Below, piece by piece: positions 12,071 to 25,500 of a stretch of DNA of 64,000 nucleotides (its first letter is position 1; the number at the start of each line of letters is the position of its first letter). A program made the position numbers and the translations under genes. Under the pieces are notes generated by a model. The model worked only from the letters and a program-made list of their open reading frames with translations, searched no databases and had not been told where the DNA came from. The DNA comes from Mobula hypostoma (taxonomy: Eukaryota), in the NCBI RefSeq assembly GCF_963921235.1, contig NC_086097.1, forward strand, positions 57,476,001 through 57,540,000, read 5' to 3'.

Positions 12071-12906
12071 GTATTGAGGACAATGTCTGGTATTTTAACA
12101 CTATCCCTTAGGAAGTAAAGCGATTGAGTGCTTAAAATAGCTGAATATCATGAGCCATCTTATTAAAACTTTGCCTGTCTTGCATATTTGCTGCAAATTT
12201 GGTAAGATTTCTTTTGTTGTGCTGTATACATTCCTTCATAAAAATACCCTTTGATTATTGAAACTCATATAATGGCAAAATCAGTATGACCGTTCTTTTG
12301 ATTTAAATTGCTTTTAAACATTGAATATTTTAAAATACTATCTAATCAAGAAGTGTAATTATTAACAATATAAATTAATCCATAACATTTTATATGAATG
12401 ATCATACAGATAGAAACAATAGAAAAATCAATTCAGTTTATTCCAAATCAGCTCAGCTTTGCTAACTGGAAATGCAGAAAGCCAGAATTATACTATAACG
12501 TAGTTTCACAGTTACCATAGAAACTAGCATCTATGCTAATTGTGCCTTGAGGCATAAATTGGTCAGCTGTTTAGAACAGACAAACCATCCATGCACAAAA
12601 CACTCAGTGTACACTAACATCAGTGCCCTTGCACATACACTGTTTTAATCCTTTTATTATAGTAATTTTTAAAGATTTTATATCTCTGTACATGTAGTAT
12701 ATGTTACAGAAATTAATTATAAACCAACATTGTTCTTTTTTTATTATTTTCTGTATTTTTTAAAAACTATATGTATCTGAAAAATTTTATAGAAAATAGT
12801 TATTGAACATATTATGCTGATAGCAGACTAAAATTGATTGAAGTATATTTTGGTTCAATTAGCCATTTTCTTGCTGAATTTGTATCAAAACTGTGTTTCT
12901 CTTCAG

Positions 12907-12941
12907 AATGCTTGTCCAGTGAAAAAAATTAAGCTGAATGG
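12907..12941 (+). CDS. Possible small host-gene exon (NACPVKKIKLN+GG), weak
   Basis: Strong acceptor ctgtgtttctcttcag; only frame 0 is open; its phase-2 end would fit exon 14663, but the donor GG|gtttgc is weak. Confidence 0.2.
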
Positions 12942-13242
12942 GTTTGCTCATCAGTAGAGCTATTCTAAATTCACATCCTCTCCTTCTGTTGTATAGCAAT
13001 GACAAATTATGAACACTTCTAAATGTTTTTCATTTGTAAATCTCAAATACATTATTGTTCAGTTTTTGCCTGAACAATACATATCAGTTCTTTGAGCCTT
13101 CCTTCAAACACTTTATCCTTTGACCCCTTGGGTACTTTTACATATGATCTCTCTAGCTCATTCAGTTGATTTCCATAATGGTTTCAAGAGATCTATATGT
13201 TCCTTTTCATAACATTTGACAAATACTGTATGTAATGTCGGA

Positions 13243-13457
13243 CAACAGGAATTCTGCAGATGCTGGAAATTCAAGCAACACACATCAAAGTTGCTGGTGA
13301 ACGCAGCAGGCCAAGCAGCATCTGTAGGAAGAGGTGCAGTCGACGTTTCAGGCCGAGACCCTTCGTCAGTCCTGACGAAGGGTCTCGGCCTGAAACGTCG
13401 ACTGCACCTCTTCCTACAGATGCTGCTTGACCTGCTGCGTTCACCAGCAACTTTGAT
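13243..13457. mobile_element. Head-to-head inverted pair of the Penelope-derived hammerhead repeat
   Basis: 86-bp arms 13284-13369 and 13372-13457 with 1 mismatch and a 2-nt spacer; imperfect TSD tgtaatgtcgga / tataatgtcaga. Confidence 0.9.
13367..13404 (+). ncRNA. Minimal type I hammerhead ribozyme motif
   Basis: CAGUC-CUGACGA-AGGGUCUCGGCCU-GAAA-CG-UC/GACUG: perfect 5-bp helix I, intact core, helix II, palindromic ACGU helix III, GUC cleavage triplet. Confidence 0.8.
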
Positions 13458-13995
13458 ATAATGTCAGATATGTTTTATTTTATGCATATCACAACCAATG
13501 TTGACTCAGTGCCTTGAGATAGCCAATTAATATGCTTCTCCAATCCATTTGCAGATCCATCTTGGTCAGTGCCTTTTGCTTACTCTTTCTGTTCATTCTC
13601 CATATCTGCATTATTTTTCAGTCTACTAGAATAATCTGCTTATACCAAATGATTGTCTGCCTCCCCCAAAATATTTGTCAAATGAGATCATTCTTCATTC
13701 CATTAAGCAACCACAAACAATGATATGGATTATCAGGTAGCCTCTTGTAGGTCATTTAATGAACTACCGTTCCAAATACCAAGCTTAGTGGATACCTTCC
13801 TAATTTCCAATACACACAAACATTATTTCCTTTTGTCCATTTTCTGTATGCTTTCACCAGTGTTTTGCTAATCTTCAATTTTGAACTCAACATAAAGCAT
13901 CTTACTGAAAACCAGCTATATAACAAGTATATTCTCACTTATGAAGATCTTTCTATTCAATCATAAAATCTACCAAACTGCATTGAAACTGTGCA

Positions 13996-14189
13996 AACAA
14001 CAGGAATTCTGCAGACGCTGAAAATTCAAGCAACACACATCAAAGTTGCTGGTGAACGCAGCAGGCCAAGCAGCATCTGTAGGAAGAGGTGCAGTCGACG
14101 TTTCAGGCCGAGACCCTTCGTCAGGACTAACTGAAGGAAGAGTGAGTAAGGGATTTGAAAGTTGGAGGGGGAGGGGGAGATCCAAAAAA
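13996..14189 (-). mobile_element. Penelope-derived short repeat with intact hammerhead
   Basis: Near identical to the 13243 copy; approximate TSD aa(c/a)tgtgca. Confidence 0.85.
14092..14129 (-). ncRNA. Minimal type I hammerhead ribozyme motif
   Basis: Minus strand UAGUC-CUGACGA-AGGGUCUCGGCCU-GAAACGUC-GACUG. Confidence 0.78.
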
Positions 14190-14662
14190 AAATGTGCAGT
14201 TTTTTTTTGTTTTCATTTGCACATCAGGAAAAACAAGAATTTTCACAGCATTTTTTCTGTCAATGTGTTTTTTTTTGTCAATAGATCAAATGATTCTATT
14301 GCCTGCATTATTTTCCATTGTTTTGTTTGACAACCGCCATTTGAAAATGTATGCAGGGAAAATTGCTGAAAGTGGATCACTTTGTGATCTTATTTGACTT
14401 CAAGATGAAGGAGAAAAATACCAGTTGCATAAAATTATACACATTTAGGATTAGGCACAGATATATAAATAGTGTTTGAATTGTGATAGATTGTATCATA
14501 GCTGTGTTTTAAAGGGATGAAGCAACTAAGATAGAGATATTTTTCAGTACAGAGATGGATGCATCTTGAAAAGAACTTGGTGCTATGTTGCGTCATGATG
14601 TTTCCATTGTAATTCCAGAAATTTACTGGGACTACTGAAGCTTAGTTTAATGTTATTTAAAG

Positions 14663-14705
14663 GACTTTACCTGGTCCATTGAGAAGGATTCTGATCAGTT
14701 TACCG
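14663..14705 (+). CDS. Candidate internal coding exon of an unidentified host gene (xTLPGPLRRILISLP)
   Basis: Consensus donor CCG|gtaagt; acceptor tgttatttaaag; 43 nt, ends in phase 0, matching the exon at 43884. Confidence 0.55.
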
Positions 14706-15820
14706 GTAAGTTATTCTTCAAATTTTATTTCCAAATGATTGCTCTTATCACAATTCCTCCCTTGTTGCAGATGTCCTGGGACAGTTCCTTTTAATGGTCT
14801 TCCCAAATGACCTCAACTAAGTACTTCTGATTATTTCCATGGGGTGTGAGAGTCCATGTCCTGTGATCTCCTTCCCTTTACTCTATTATGATTCTGCCCT
14901 TCATATAACCCATTTGCAACACTTATTGATCCTTGTCTTCCTGATTCTTAAACTTTTCCCTGCCAATCTATTGCCCAGTTCTCTTCCTCCTTCATCCCTA
15001 CAATGGCAAGTTACCATGAAAGGAAGTCCGTATGTGCTGCAGGCTTGTGTGCTTTACACTAAATTTACCACGTAACACCACCTTAATATGCATGTGCTAT
15101 ACAATTTCTGCATCAATCTACTTTCCTTTATATCAGAATTATTAATAAACCTTTACAGGTTATGTTTGTTGATTTTCATTTTTTTCAACATTGGAATAAG
15201 CTAGTGGGTGTGAACTTGATTTATTTTTGGAATTATCTGAATATGAGACAAATTTTGGTTATATCTGCACCATTAAGACTGAAAGTTATAGACTGCATGG
15301 TTTTGTCTTATTAGAGTTCCAGAAAAATAGAATGAGAAAAAACTGTGCAGTCTATCAAATCATTAAGTTGCACAAATCACAGCAATGAATTTGACCAAAC
15401 TAACAGTTAAGGGGAAAGCTTCCATTTGCCCTAAACAAAAATAGAGCATCAATCTTAATCTACAATATTTCAGTTTTCAAGATAAACTTTATTTATTAAA
15501 ATATACTGTACATATATTGAAACAGTGTATAACATTCCTTGCATTTGTACAATCCAGTTTATACATTGATAATGTTGTAAAGTCTGCATGATTGTAGTGT
15601 CATTTAGTTAATAGATTTTATGTATGGGACATCAGGGTCATGCATGTGTCCTCCTTAAACAATACACCCTTCAAGTATCTGAGAGGTTATTAGATAAGAC
15701 CCAGTCCTTCAGTGTCCATTGGTGGGGGAAGGATGATATTGCTGACCAATATGATAAGCTAAAAAAAGGTTGTAGACAAAAGAATAACCGTGTTGCAAAA
15801 CACAGAGCAGAAAGGTATGG

Positions 15821-15915
15821 TCCTGACGAAGGGTCTCGGCCTGAAACGTCGACTGCACCTCTTCCTAGAGATGCTGCCTGGCCTGCTGCGTTCACCAGCA
15901 ACTTTTATGTGTGTT
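15821..15915 (+). mobile_element. Penelope-derived short repeat with intact hammerhead (15818-15855)
   Basis: 14-bp TSD GCAGAAAGGTATGG at 15807-15820 and 15916-15929; UGGUC/GACUG helix I. Confidence 0.85.
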
Positions 15916-16044
15916 GCAGAAAGGTATGGGTCAGATTGAATATTTCCTCCACTCCCAGAGGCAAAAAAAAGCATAAAGCAAGCTTTCCCAATATCACAGA
16001 TTGACGACTGGTACAGATAGAAAACAAGATAACTGAAGTTATTA

Positions 16045-16433
16045 GAAGGCTTACTCTCTGGAATTTAGAAGAATGCAGGGGATCTCATTGAAACCTGCCA
16101 AATGTTGAAAGGACTAAATAGGGTGGATTTGGAGAGGATGTTTTACAGCCTCAAAATTGAGGGGCGACCCTTTAGAGCAGAAGTAAGGAGGAATTTTTTA
16201 GCCAGAGAGTAGTAAATCTGTGGAATGCTCTGCCACAGACTGCGGTGGAGGTCAAGTACGTGCATATACTTAAGGCAGAAGTTGATTGTTTCTGGATCAG
16301 TCAAGGCATCAAAGGATATGGCAAGAAGGCAGATGTGTGGGGTTGAGTGGGAACAGGGATCAGCCATTATGTAATGGTGCAACAGACTCGATGGGCTGAA
16401 TGGCCTAATTCTGTTCCTATGTCTTATGGTCTT
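16045..16433 (+). mobile_element. CR1 3' fragment
   Basis: YSLEFRRM..DLIET and EVRRNFF..RVVNLWNALP-like coding; tail ggcctaattctgttcctatgtcttatggtctt. Confidence 0.85.
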
Positions 16434-16435
16434 GT

Positions 16436-17290
16436 GACTGCAATGTGCCCAGGCAGAGGATGAGGTACTATTCCTCAAGCTGTGTTGAGGCCTTATTGTA
16501 TCAGTACAGGAGATCACAGACCAGTAGGTCAGAGTTGGCACTGGGATGAGGAATTAAATAACAGGCAACAGAAAACTCATGGTCACTCCTGTGGAAGTAA
16601 AGAAGATGATCTGTAAAATGATCATCTGATCTACACTTGATTTTTCAGATGTTGAAGACACCCCATTGTGAACACCAAATGCAACACAGTGGACTGGAAG
16701 CAGTTCAAGTGAATTGTTGTTTCACCTGAAAAATTGTTTGTGCCCCTGGATGGTAGGAAGGGAAGAGTTGGAAGGATAAGTGCTGCACTGCCTGCCATTG
16801 CGAGGGGAAGTAACAAGGCCAGGAAGCATAGGAGCAGAATTTAGCCATTCGGCCTGTCACATCTAATCTGCCATTTGATCATGGCTAATTTATTTTCTCT
16901 CTTCACCCTATTGTCCTGCCTTCTCCCCATAACCTTAGAATCTCTTGTAGAAGGTGGGGGTGGGGAAGGAGGATAATTGGTGGGAATAGAAGAGCGGACA
17001 AGGGTTCACAAAATGGAATGGTCTGTGCAAAATGCTGAAAGGGGGAAAAGGAGAAGATGTGTCTAGAGTTGGAATCTCTTTGAATATGGTGGAAATTGCG
17101 AAAATAATCAGCTGAATATGGACAAGCAACACACATCAAAGTTGCTGGTGAACGCAGCAGGCCAGGCAGCATCTCTAGGAAGAGGTACAGTCGACGTTTC
17201 AGGCCGAGATCTTCGTCAGGACTAACTGAAGGAAGAGCTAGTAAGAGATTAAGTTGGGTGGAAGGTGAGCATCTGGGGTACTCTATTCAT
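16436..17290 (-). mobile_element. Decayed Penelope-like element ORF (GIY-YIG endonuclease region), interrupted by a CR1 tail (about 16815-16940) and a hammerhead repeat (about 17123-17250)
   Basis: Minus-strand degenerate peptides RNFHHIQRDSNSRHIF, QVKQQF...IWCSQWGVFNI..CRSDDHF and QLEE*YLILCLGTLQ resemble PLE GIY-YIG C-termini. Confidence 0.6.
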
Positions 17291-18529
17291 GTTCTGTCAA
17301 AATATATCACTTCCTTGTGGAGTGTGGATGAAACCAAGGTTGCAAGGCCCATGGCATCTCAGCTACAGTGTTGAAGTCATGTGCTGAAGAACTAATTGCC
17401 TCCGCTGTCGAATTATTCCAGTGTAACTGCAGCAATATGATTTAACTGACAAAAGTCAGAACAAATCCAATCGAGCAAACAACAGCCCATTGCCCTAGTC
17501 TTAAACATATCAGACTGATGGAAAGTGTGCTCTATCACTCATTTGCTTAAACATGTTCAGTGAACCTTTGCTCATTGTAGTCTTGTGAAAAGGTGGATGA
17601 AAAAATTGAGCTGAATTCTAAAGATTGATATTGATATTAAGGAAGTATTTAGTTAAGAATGACATCAAAATATACTAGTGAAATTGAAATTGACAGGAAT
17701 TGTGGAAAAATATCTCTGGTCTGGATTAATACTTAGCTGAAAAACGTTGTTGTGATAGTTGTCAGTCAGTCATCTTTAATCCATAGATAGCATCACTGTT
17801 ATCATGAGGCCAAAACTGCAGACTCTCACACACTGAGATTTGTAGTGTTTAGTTTCATTAACTAGACTGGACTATCTTCAGGATTAGTGGCAAGTGTCAA
17901 GCAGTAACTAAAATTCTACCTGAGAAAACCTTAACTACGTATCATTCTTATTCCGCACGGTTTCCATTATTGAATCCAATGCCATCAATCATACTGGAGT
18001 CATGATTTACATAGGCCAATCACATGATTTCTTTGGCTACAAGAATAAGAATGTAAATTTGGATGAGTGTCTCAACTCACAAATCCGCAAGACAATTCCA
18101 TAAATTACGATGCACACAACTGGTTTGTGATGAAATACTCTACAGTTATTTGGATACTTGCAGTTCCAGCACTCTGGATGTGTGGTACAATCCAAGGTTG
18201 CCAACCTGTGCGTCACCACTAACATCTGTTCCCTCCATGTGTGACATATGTGAAGATATATAGATAACAAGAGTTTTAGAGGGATATGGGCCAAGTGTAG
18301 GGAAATGGGATTCAATTCCATATACATCTTGGTCAGCATGGACAAGTATGAGAAGGGGTTTGAAAAACTGGCTGGTTACATTGATGGAACTAGGTGATGG
18401 GTGGGGGGTGAGGCGCCAGGGGTCCAGGGGGATATAGCTGGGTGGATGGCAGAAGGGGTATAGGGAAATGAAAGTGGAAAATTCTAAATAAATTGGAAGG
18501 GGAGAGAAAGGGAAGGGGGAACATAATGG

Positions 18530-18900
18530 TGTGAGTTACTTAGAATTGGAAAATCTTATGTTCATACCATTAGGTTGTAGACTACACAGGCAGAATATAT
18601 GGTATTGTTTTTCAAGTTTGCATTTGGCCTCCCCTCACAGGTTGGTGTGGGAGTTGAAATGACTTGTAAACTGGGAGCTCAGGGTGAGTGTTGCAGACAG
18701 AGTGTAGATTATCTGCAAACTAGTCCCTTAGTTTGCCCAGTGGACAAGGTTGCAGGAGGTGCATGTGAATTTTTTCCTCATCTAGAAGAGCTGGATGATG
18801 GTCAGTGAGGACAACCATTCCTTTCCTTATCAGATGTTGCCAGACTTGTTGAGTTCCTACAGCTGTTTTTTTTTTACTCCAGATTCAAACATCTTCAGCT
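18530..18900 (-). mobile_element. Penelope-like relic
   Basis: Minus strand ...IFCLCSLQPNGMNIRFSNS resembles the PLE ORF end; a degenerate terminal repeat at about 18830-18900 is in + orientation. Confidence 0.5.
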
Positions 18901-19057
18901 GCCAGTTTCAGCTTTCCAAACAGAATATGAGCTGGTTTTAGACATCTAAAAGTGTTTTCTATGAGTAATCAATTTAGTTGAGAAAATTGGGTGTGATTTC
19001 ATCTGATATAGAAACCATATTGGCATATTATCACAAGTTACAGTTATGATTGTGTAT

Positions 19058-21113
19058 ATAGAAACCATAGAAAAACTACAGCACAGAAGCAGGCCTTTTG
19101 GCCCTTCTTGGCTGTGCCGAACCGTTTTCTGCCTAGTCCCACTGACCTGCACACGGACCATATCCCTCCATACACCTCCCATCCATGTATCTGTCCAATT
19201 TATTCTTAAATGCTAAAAAATAACCCGCATTTACCACCTTGTCTGGCAGCTCATTTCAGACTCCCACCACTCTCTGTGTGAAGAAGCCCCCCCCTTAATG
19301 TTCCCTTTAAACTTTTCCCCCCTCACCCTTAACCCATGTCCTCTGGTTTTTTTCTCCCCTTGCCTCAGTGGAAAAAGCCTGCTTGCATTCACTCCATCTA
19401 TACCCATCATAATTTTATATACCTCTATCAAATCTCCCCTCATTCTTCTTCGCTCCAGGGAATAAAGTCCTAACCTATTCAACCTTTCTCTGTAACTGAG
19501 TTTCTCAAGTCCCGGCAACATCCTTGTAAACCTTCTCTGCACTCTTTCAACCTTATTAATATCCTTCCTGTAATTTGGTGACCAAAACTGAACACAGTAC
19601 TCCAGATTCGGCCTCACCAATGCCTTATACAACCTCATCATAACATTCCAGCTCTTATATTTAATACTTTGATTAATAAAGGCCAATGTACCAAAAGCTC
19701 TCTTTACGACCCTATCTACTTGTGACGCCACTTTTATGGAATTTTGTATCTGTATTCCCAGATCCCTGTGTTCTACTGCACTCCTCAGGGCCTTACCATT
19801 TACTCTGTATGTTCTACCTTGGTTTGTCCTTTCAAAGTGCAATACCTCACACTTGTCTGTATTAAACTCCACCTGCCATTTTTCAGCCCATTTTTCCAGC
19901 TGGTCCAAGTCCCTCTGCAGGCTCTGAAAACCTTCCTCACTGTCCACTACACCTCCAATCTTTGTATCATCAGCAAATTTGCTGATCCAATTTACCACAT
20001 TATCATCCAGATCATTGATATAGATGACAAATAACAATGGACCCAGCACTGATCCCTGTGGCACACCACTAGTCACAGGCCTCCACTCAGAGAAGCAATT
20101 CTCTACTACCACTCTTTGGCTTCTTCCATTGAGCCATTGTTTAATCCAATTTACCACCTCTCCATGTATACCTAGCGACTGAATTTTCCTAACTAACCTC
20201 GCATGTGGGACCTTGTCAAAGGCCTTACTGAAGTCTATGTAGACAATATCCACTGCCTTCCCTTCATCCACTTTCCTGGTAACCTCCTCGAAAAATTCCA
20301 ATAGATTGGTCAATCATAACCTACCACACACAAAGCCATGTTGACTCTCCCTAATAAGTCCCTGTCTATCCAAATGCTTGTAGATTCTGTCTCTTAGTAG
20401 TCCCTCCAATAACTTACCCACTACCGACGTCAGACTTACTGGCCTATAATTTCCCGGATTACTTTTCGATCCTTTTTTAAACAATGGAACAACATGAGCT
20501 ACTCTCCAATCCTCCGGCACCTCACCGGTAGACACCGACAATTTAAATATATCTGCCAGGGCCCCTGCAATTTCAACACTATTCTCCTTCAAGGTCCGAG
20601 GGAATACCCTGTCAGGTCCTGGGGATTTATCCACTTTAATTTGCCTCAAGGTAGCAAGTACCTCCTCCTTTTCAATCTGTACAGTTTCCATGATCTCACT
20701 ACTTGTTTCCCTTAATTCCATAGACTTCATGCCAGTTTCTTTAGTAAATACAGACGCAAAAAACCCACTTAAGATCTCCCCCATTTCTTTTGGTTCCGCA
20801 CATAGCCGACCACTCTGATGTTCAAGAGGACCAATTTTATCCCTTACAATCCTTTTACTCTTAATATATCTGTAAAAGCTCTTTGGATTATCCTTCACTT
20901 TGACTGCCAAGGCAACCTTATGTCTTCTTTTAGCCCTCCTGATTTCTTTAAGTATTTTCTTGCACTTTTTATACTCCTCAAGCACCTTATTTACTCCCTG
21001 TTTCCTATACATGTCATACAACTCTCTCTTCTTCTTTATCAGAGTTGCAATATCCCTTGAGAACCAAGGTTCCTTATTCCTATTCACTTTGCCTTTAATC
21101 TTGACAGGAACAT
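19058..21113 (-). mobile_element. Young 5'-truncated CR1 LINE (ORF2 RT)
   Basis: ORFs 20314-21087 and 19231-20313 are in the same frame, split by one TGA. KSPGPD, NYRPVSLTS, QHGF, DFSKAFD, GVPQGSVLGP and FADDTK intact; 3' tail at about 19058. Confidence 0.95.
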
Positions 21114-21649
21114 ATATTTTTCATTTTCTCATATCTAACTGCCGGTCAACCATCAGAAGAATTTAATGAAGAGTTTATTTTCTAAGGGTGCCTGGGAACA
21201 ACTTCAATACAGTGTTTTTATTTTGGGGTGTGGCTGAGCTGAAAATTGCTTGAGCTGTCCCATGAATGTCTATGATGTCATCATGATTGCTGGATGAAAA
21301 TACTTCCCTTGTAATCAAGCTTGACAGTCATTATTCTATTGTTTTGTCAGAAGCAACAATACTGAAGGGAATGCTATAGCAATCTTTAATTGGAAGCTAA
21401 CAAAAACTTGTATTTCCTTGTCTCCAAAAGGAACTTAAAGTATATTTAAAATTGCCTTTAATTGAAGTGGACAACAGTAAATAGTTATTTAAAATACAAG
21501 ATGATTCATTTCAATTGGAATGGTAAACAGAACAAAGCATTCTACTGTAAAGCAACAAAGATTGTTATTTTGAATTCATTTTGTCTCTTTTGGTATATGG
21601 ACTTCTACTTTTCTGTCTTGAAATTATTCTTCTGTTCAAAACAAATGTT

Positions 21650-21757
21650 TATATATACATACATATACACACACATACACTACTGTCTGTTTGTTTATTT
21701 ATTTATTTATTCCTTCCTTCCTTCCCTCCTTTCTTTCTTCCTTCCTTTTCCTTTTTA
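21650..21757. repeat. Compound microsatellite (TA/CA, TTTA, TTCC)
   Basis: Visible simple repeats. Confidence 0.85.
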
Positions 21758-23169
21758 ACCAAATAATATCTTCCCAGATGTTAATGTGCTGGCTTTAAAT
21801 ACAATAGAAATCTTTTTCTCTTGGCATTGTTCCTGTTAGCCCTTGGGGTGGTCTCTCATCTGCAGTGCATTAATCACAACCACTGCATAAAAAAATGGGG
21901 TGTTGGCCAGACTGGTTTCCTGTATTTGGGATATGTATAATTAACAACTAGAGGGTTTGCATTTAGGTTTGATCATCTTCTGATTGTGAAATCATGCTAT
22001 TGTGCTTTGAAATGTGTTGTTAATTGAAAAAATAGTGCACACAGCTATTAGTATGATGACTCATTAGTTTCTTTGTAACTTGTGATGATATGCCTTTTCT
22101 TTAAAAAACGGTTATCAAAGGTTTAACTCATTAGGTATATGTTTCAACATGACAGCCTGTAAGAGCTTCCAAAGGGCTCTGCCTTGCAGCTGCACGGTGA
22201 TAATTACTAGTCTGCCAGAATTAAGTGCATGGTGAGTTCAATTAGCAGTCCCAATTATTACTTCATCACATTGTGCAGAGTCCCTCCTTATTAACATTTG
22301 TGTGTCGATCTGGTGTACGCCCCATGCCTCAGTGAGAGCTGAAGTAAAAGTATGAGAAATTTCATCTCAAATGTAAATGAAAGCAAAATAAAGAAATCAA
22401 TTTCCAACCAGCATATCAAAGCAACAGATGGCATTTCATGTCTAAAATTTAATTTGGATAATACTCTTTCTTAATATTCTTATCATTCTTTTTACATTTG
22501 CATTTCTTCTCTGTTATTACCATAAACCTCCCCTCCCTCAACTCCTTGTCACTTCTGCCTCATTTTTTTTCCATCTTCTTGTGAAAAATGAAACATTTCC
22601 CACACCTGCATGTGCATATGTTTTACAGCCAGCCACACTACATTTAATTGTATTTCATAAAATTTGAAGTAAATTAGTTGAAATTCACTTCTTAATTCAA
22701 TTTTAATATGAATTTGTGTTTGCATTATTTCTCACTTTAAGGAAGACCTCAAGAAAGATATTCATGAAGAATTTATTTTCAACTTAACATAGATTAATTG
22801 TAGAACTTGTTGAAAATGTTTTAAATGTGGGTGGGAGTGGGAGGGAGGCATTCTTGTTAAGTAATGCTTTGGTAGTATGGAATAAATATTGAATAAATCT
22901 TCAAATGTTCCATTTAGGAACAATCAGTAATACAGCTTTTAAATGACTTGGAGGTTGAGGATTAAGTTGTAGTTATCCTGCTGTTTGTTGAGAGAGTCTA
23001 TCCATACAACCATTACCCCCTCCCCTTCATAAGCTATGCAATATCTGCCCATGAGAATAAGCCACTGTAAAGTGCCAGCATTGTGATGCTCCCAATGTAA
23101 ATTTGCTGAGAAACACTCACTGTTGAGGCCTTTGGGTATGGAGGCCATGGAAGTTGTCTTGATAAATGA

Positions 23170-23988
23170 TATAAATGGTCCAGCACCTGGCCACGTGGTA
23201 TGCCAACAACAACCTGGCCCTTAACACCCAGAAGACAAGGAGATCATTGTGGACTTCAGGCATGCTAGGAGCCACACTCCCATCTACATCAACAGAGCTG
23301 TAGTGGAGCATATATCAAGCTTCAAATTCCTTGGTGTCCACATTTCCGAGGATCTCACCTGGTCCCTGAACTCCTCCATCCTGATCAAAAAGGCGCAACA
23401 GGGCCTTTATTTCCTGCAGAGCATCAAGAAAGCTCACCTCTGTCCCAGGGTACTGATGGACTTTTACTGCTGTACCACTGAGAGCATACTCACCAACTGT
23501 ATCTCAGTGTGGTATGGCAATTGTCCCGTATCGGACTGCAAAGCACTCCAGCGTGTGGTGTAAACTGCCCAGCGGATTATCTGCACCCAATTGCCCACCA
23601 TTGAGAACATCTACCATAAACGCTGCCTGGGCAGGGCGAAAAGCATTATCAAGGATGCATCGCACCCTAAACAAGGACTTTTTACTCTCCTCCCATCCGG
23701 TAGGTGCTACAGGAGCCTCCGCTCCCGCACCAGCAGGCACAGGAAGAGCTTCTTCCCTGAGGCTGTGACCCTGCTGAACCTCACATAACAGTGCTAAGCA
23801 GTATCGAATCCATATTGTACTGTCTCAGTACTTTTATATTTGTGTGCTGTAGCACTTACTTATTATTCGCTGTTATTTTGTAAATAACATTATTCTTTGC
23901 ATTTCTGGTTAGATGCTAACTGCATTTATTTGGCTTTGTATCTGTACTCGGCACAATGACAGTAAAGTTGAATCTAATCTAATCTAAT
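23170..23988 (+). mobile_element. Rex1/Babar-clade LINE 3' fragment
   Basis: NNLALNTQKT, FKFLGVHISEDLTWS, KKAQQGLYFL, LLPSGRCYRSL, SFFPEAV; (AATCT)n tail. Confidence 0.9.
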
Positions 23989-24869
23989 ATCAGCAGGGTA
24001 GGAGGGAAGGGGTTAAAATACAGACAGAGAAAAGAAATTGGTCCTTTACACCACATTACCTCCTATGTGGCTATGTGGTTATATAAATTATTCAGACTCA
24101 ACATACTTAATAGCAATAAGATAGATTCTTCATAATAACGTCTTTCAAGAAAATGGGCCTTCTTCACGAGAAAACTTCATTTGTTCCATTTATCCTCTAT
24201 CAGATATAACAGAGTATGAAAATGGAACATGTTTCCCTGAAAATCCACTGGCTGTATCAATGACAATAGCAGATATATTCACTGGAGTTTGCAGAATCTA
24301 TCTGAAATTAGTGCTTCACGTGGAGTGGTGCTTGCACTTTTGCTGGTGCACGTCCTGCATCAATGTGTCACTATAGTTGAAAGATATGTATCAGAACCAT
24401 TTGTGTTGAGGTGGCCTGATCCTGAAACCTTGTTGCTTTTGCCCTTCTGCAGGACTAATATGTCTAATGCTGTGCACCTATTGACATCTTTAAATTTTGC
24501 ATCTCATTGTATGGTGGACCTGTCTTCAAAAGTATGTTAGGCCCCATCAAGAGAACAGGATATCTGCCTGAGAAATTATAGTTCTGAAAATATTTGTCTT
24601 GTGTGGACAGGCTGTGGTTTCAAACCTCTGTCAGGAAGACTGGAAAATTCTTGGAATGTGATAAACCTACCACAATTAGATTGTGCAGTTTTTCATCTGT
24701 GATAGGAGTTCAGAAAAGCCCCAAGGAATTCTTTATCAAGGATTGTTTGCAAGAAAAAAAATCCTTTCTTCTTGGTTTTGAGAAGTGTGAGGTAGGGTTA
24801 AAGGGAAATAAGACATTTTGTGGTAGTAGCAACTATATTTTTGTTTGTAAAGAAAGCTTATTATATATA

Positions 24870-25500
24870 TAAAAAAAACCTTTGACTCCATCAGCCAAGA
24901 GGGATCATGGAGAATCCTCCTGAAACTTATCTGAAAGTTTGTTTCCATCATACATCTGGAATACAATAACAAGTAAACCAACATACACAATCCCAGTGCA
25001 AACTGGGGTCAAACAAGGCTATGTCATCACCACAACTCTTTTCTCAGTCATCCTCACTGCAGTGTTGTAGCTCATTTTCAGCAGGCTCCCTGTGGAGCTG
25101 ATCTACAGAAATTGCTTGACATTTGTTGTCGCCATGCCAAAACCAGGGTGAGTCACAGCTGCAATATTCAAACACAACTGGAAGCCAAACTGCAGGTCAT
25201 CATTCCCTGAGTTTTCAAGAGAACGAACCTCTCAGTAAATATTTGTAAGGCAATCATCCTCTAACAATGCCCCTATTGTACAAAATTACCTCTAGGCAAT
25301 AAAAATCCTGGAAAACATCGATCTCTTTCCAGATCTCTGGACCATCTCTCGGCAAGAATTGATAAGAATGACAAAAGTCACTACCATCTCTGGGATACCA
25401 GTTTGAGGAAAACAGTTTTTGATATGTACAGCAATGTTATAATCTATTGGACAGCAGTGATCTCTGGCCTCCGAGTCTTTTGGAGACAAGGACCAATTAT
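24870..25500 (+). mobile_element. Old RTE/BovB-like LINE RT relic
   Basis: Degenerate KTFDSISQEGSWRILLK and VQTGVKQGYVITTTLFS. Confidence 0.55.

Noticed and set aside
14619..14705. Longer exon using the upstream acceptor attccag
   Set aside because: All three frames contain stops before the donor.
11050..17172. Recurring short ORFs containing DEGSRPETSTAPLP or MLVNAAGQAAS
   Set aside because: They are incidental translations of the non-coding hammerhead repeat on both strands, not a protein family.
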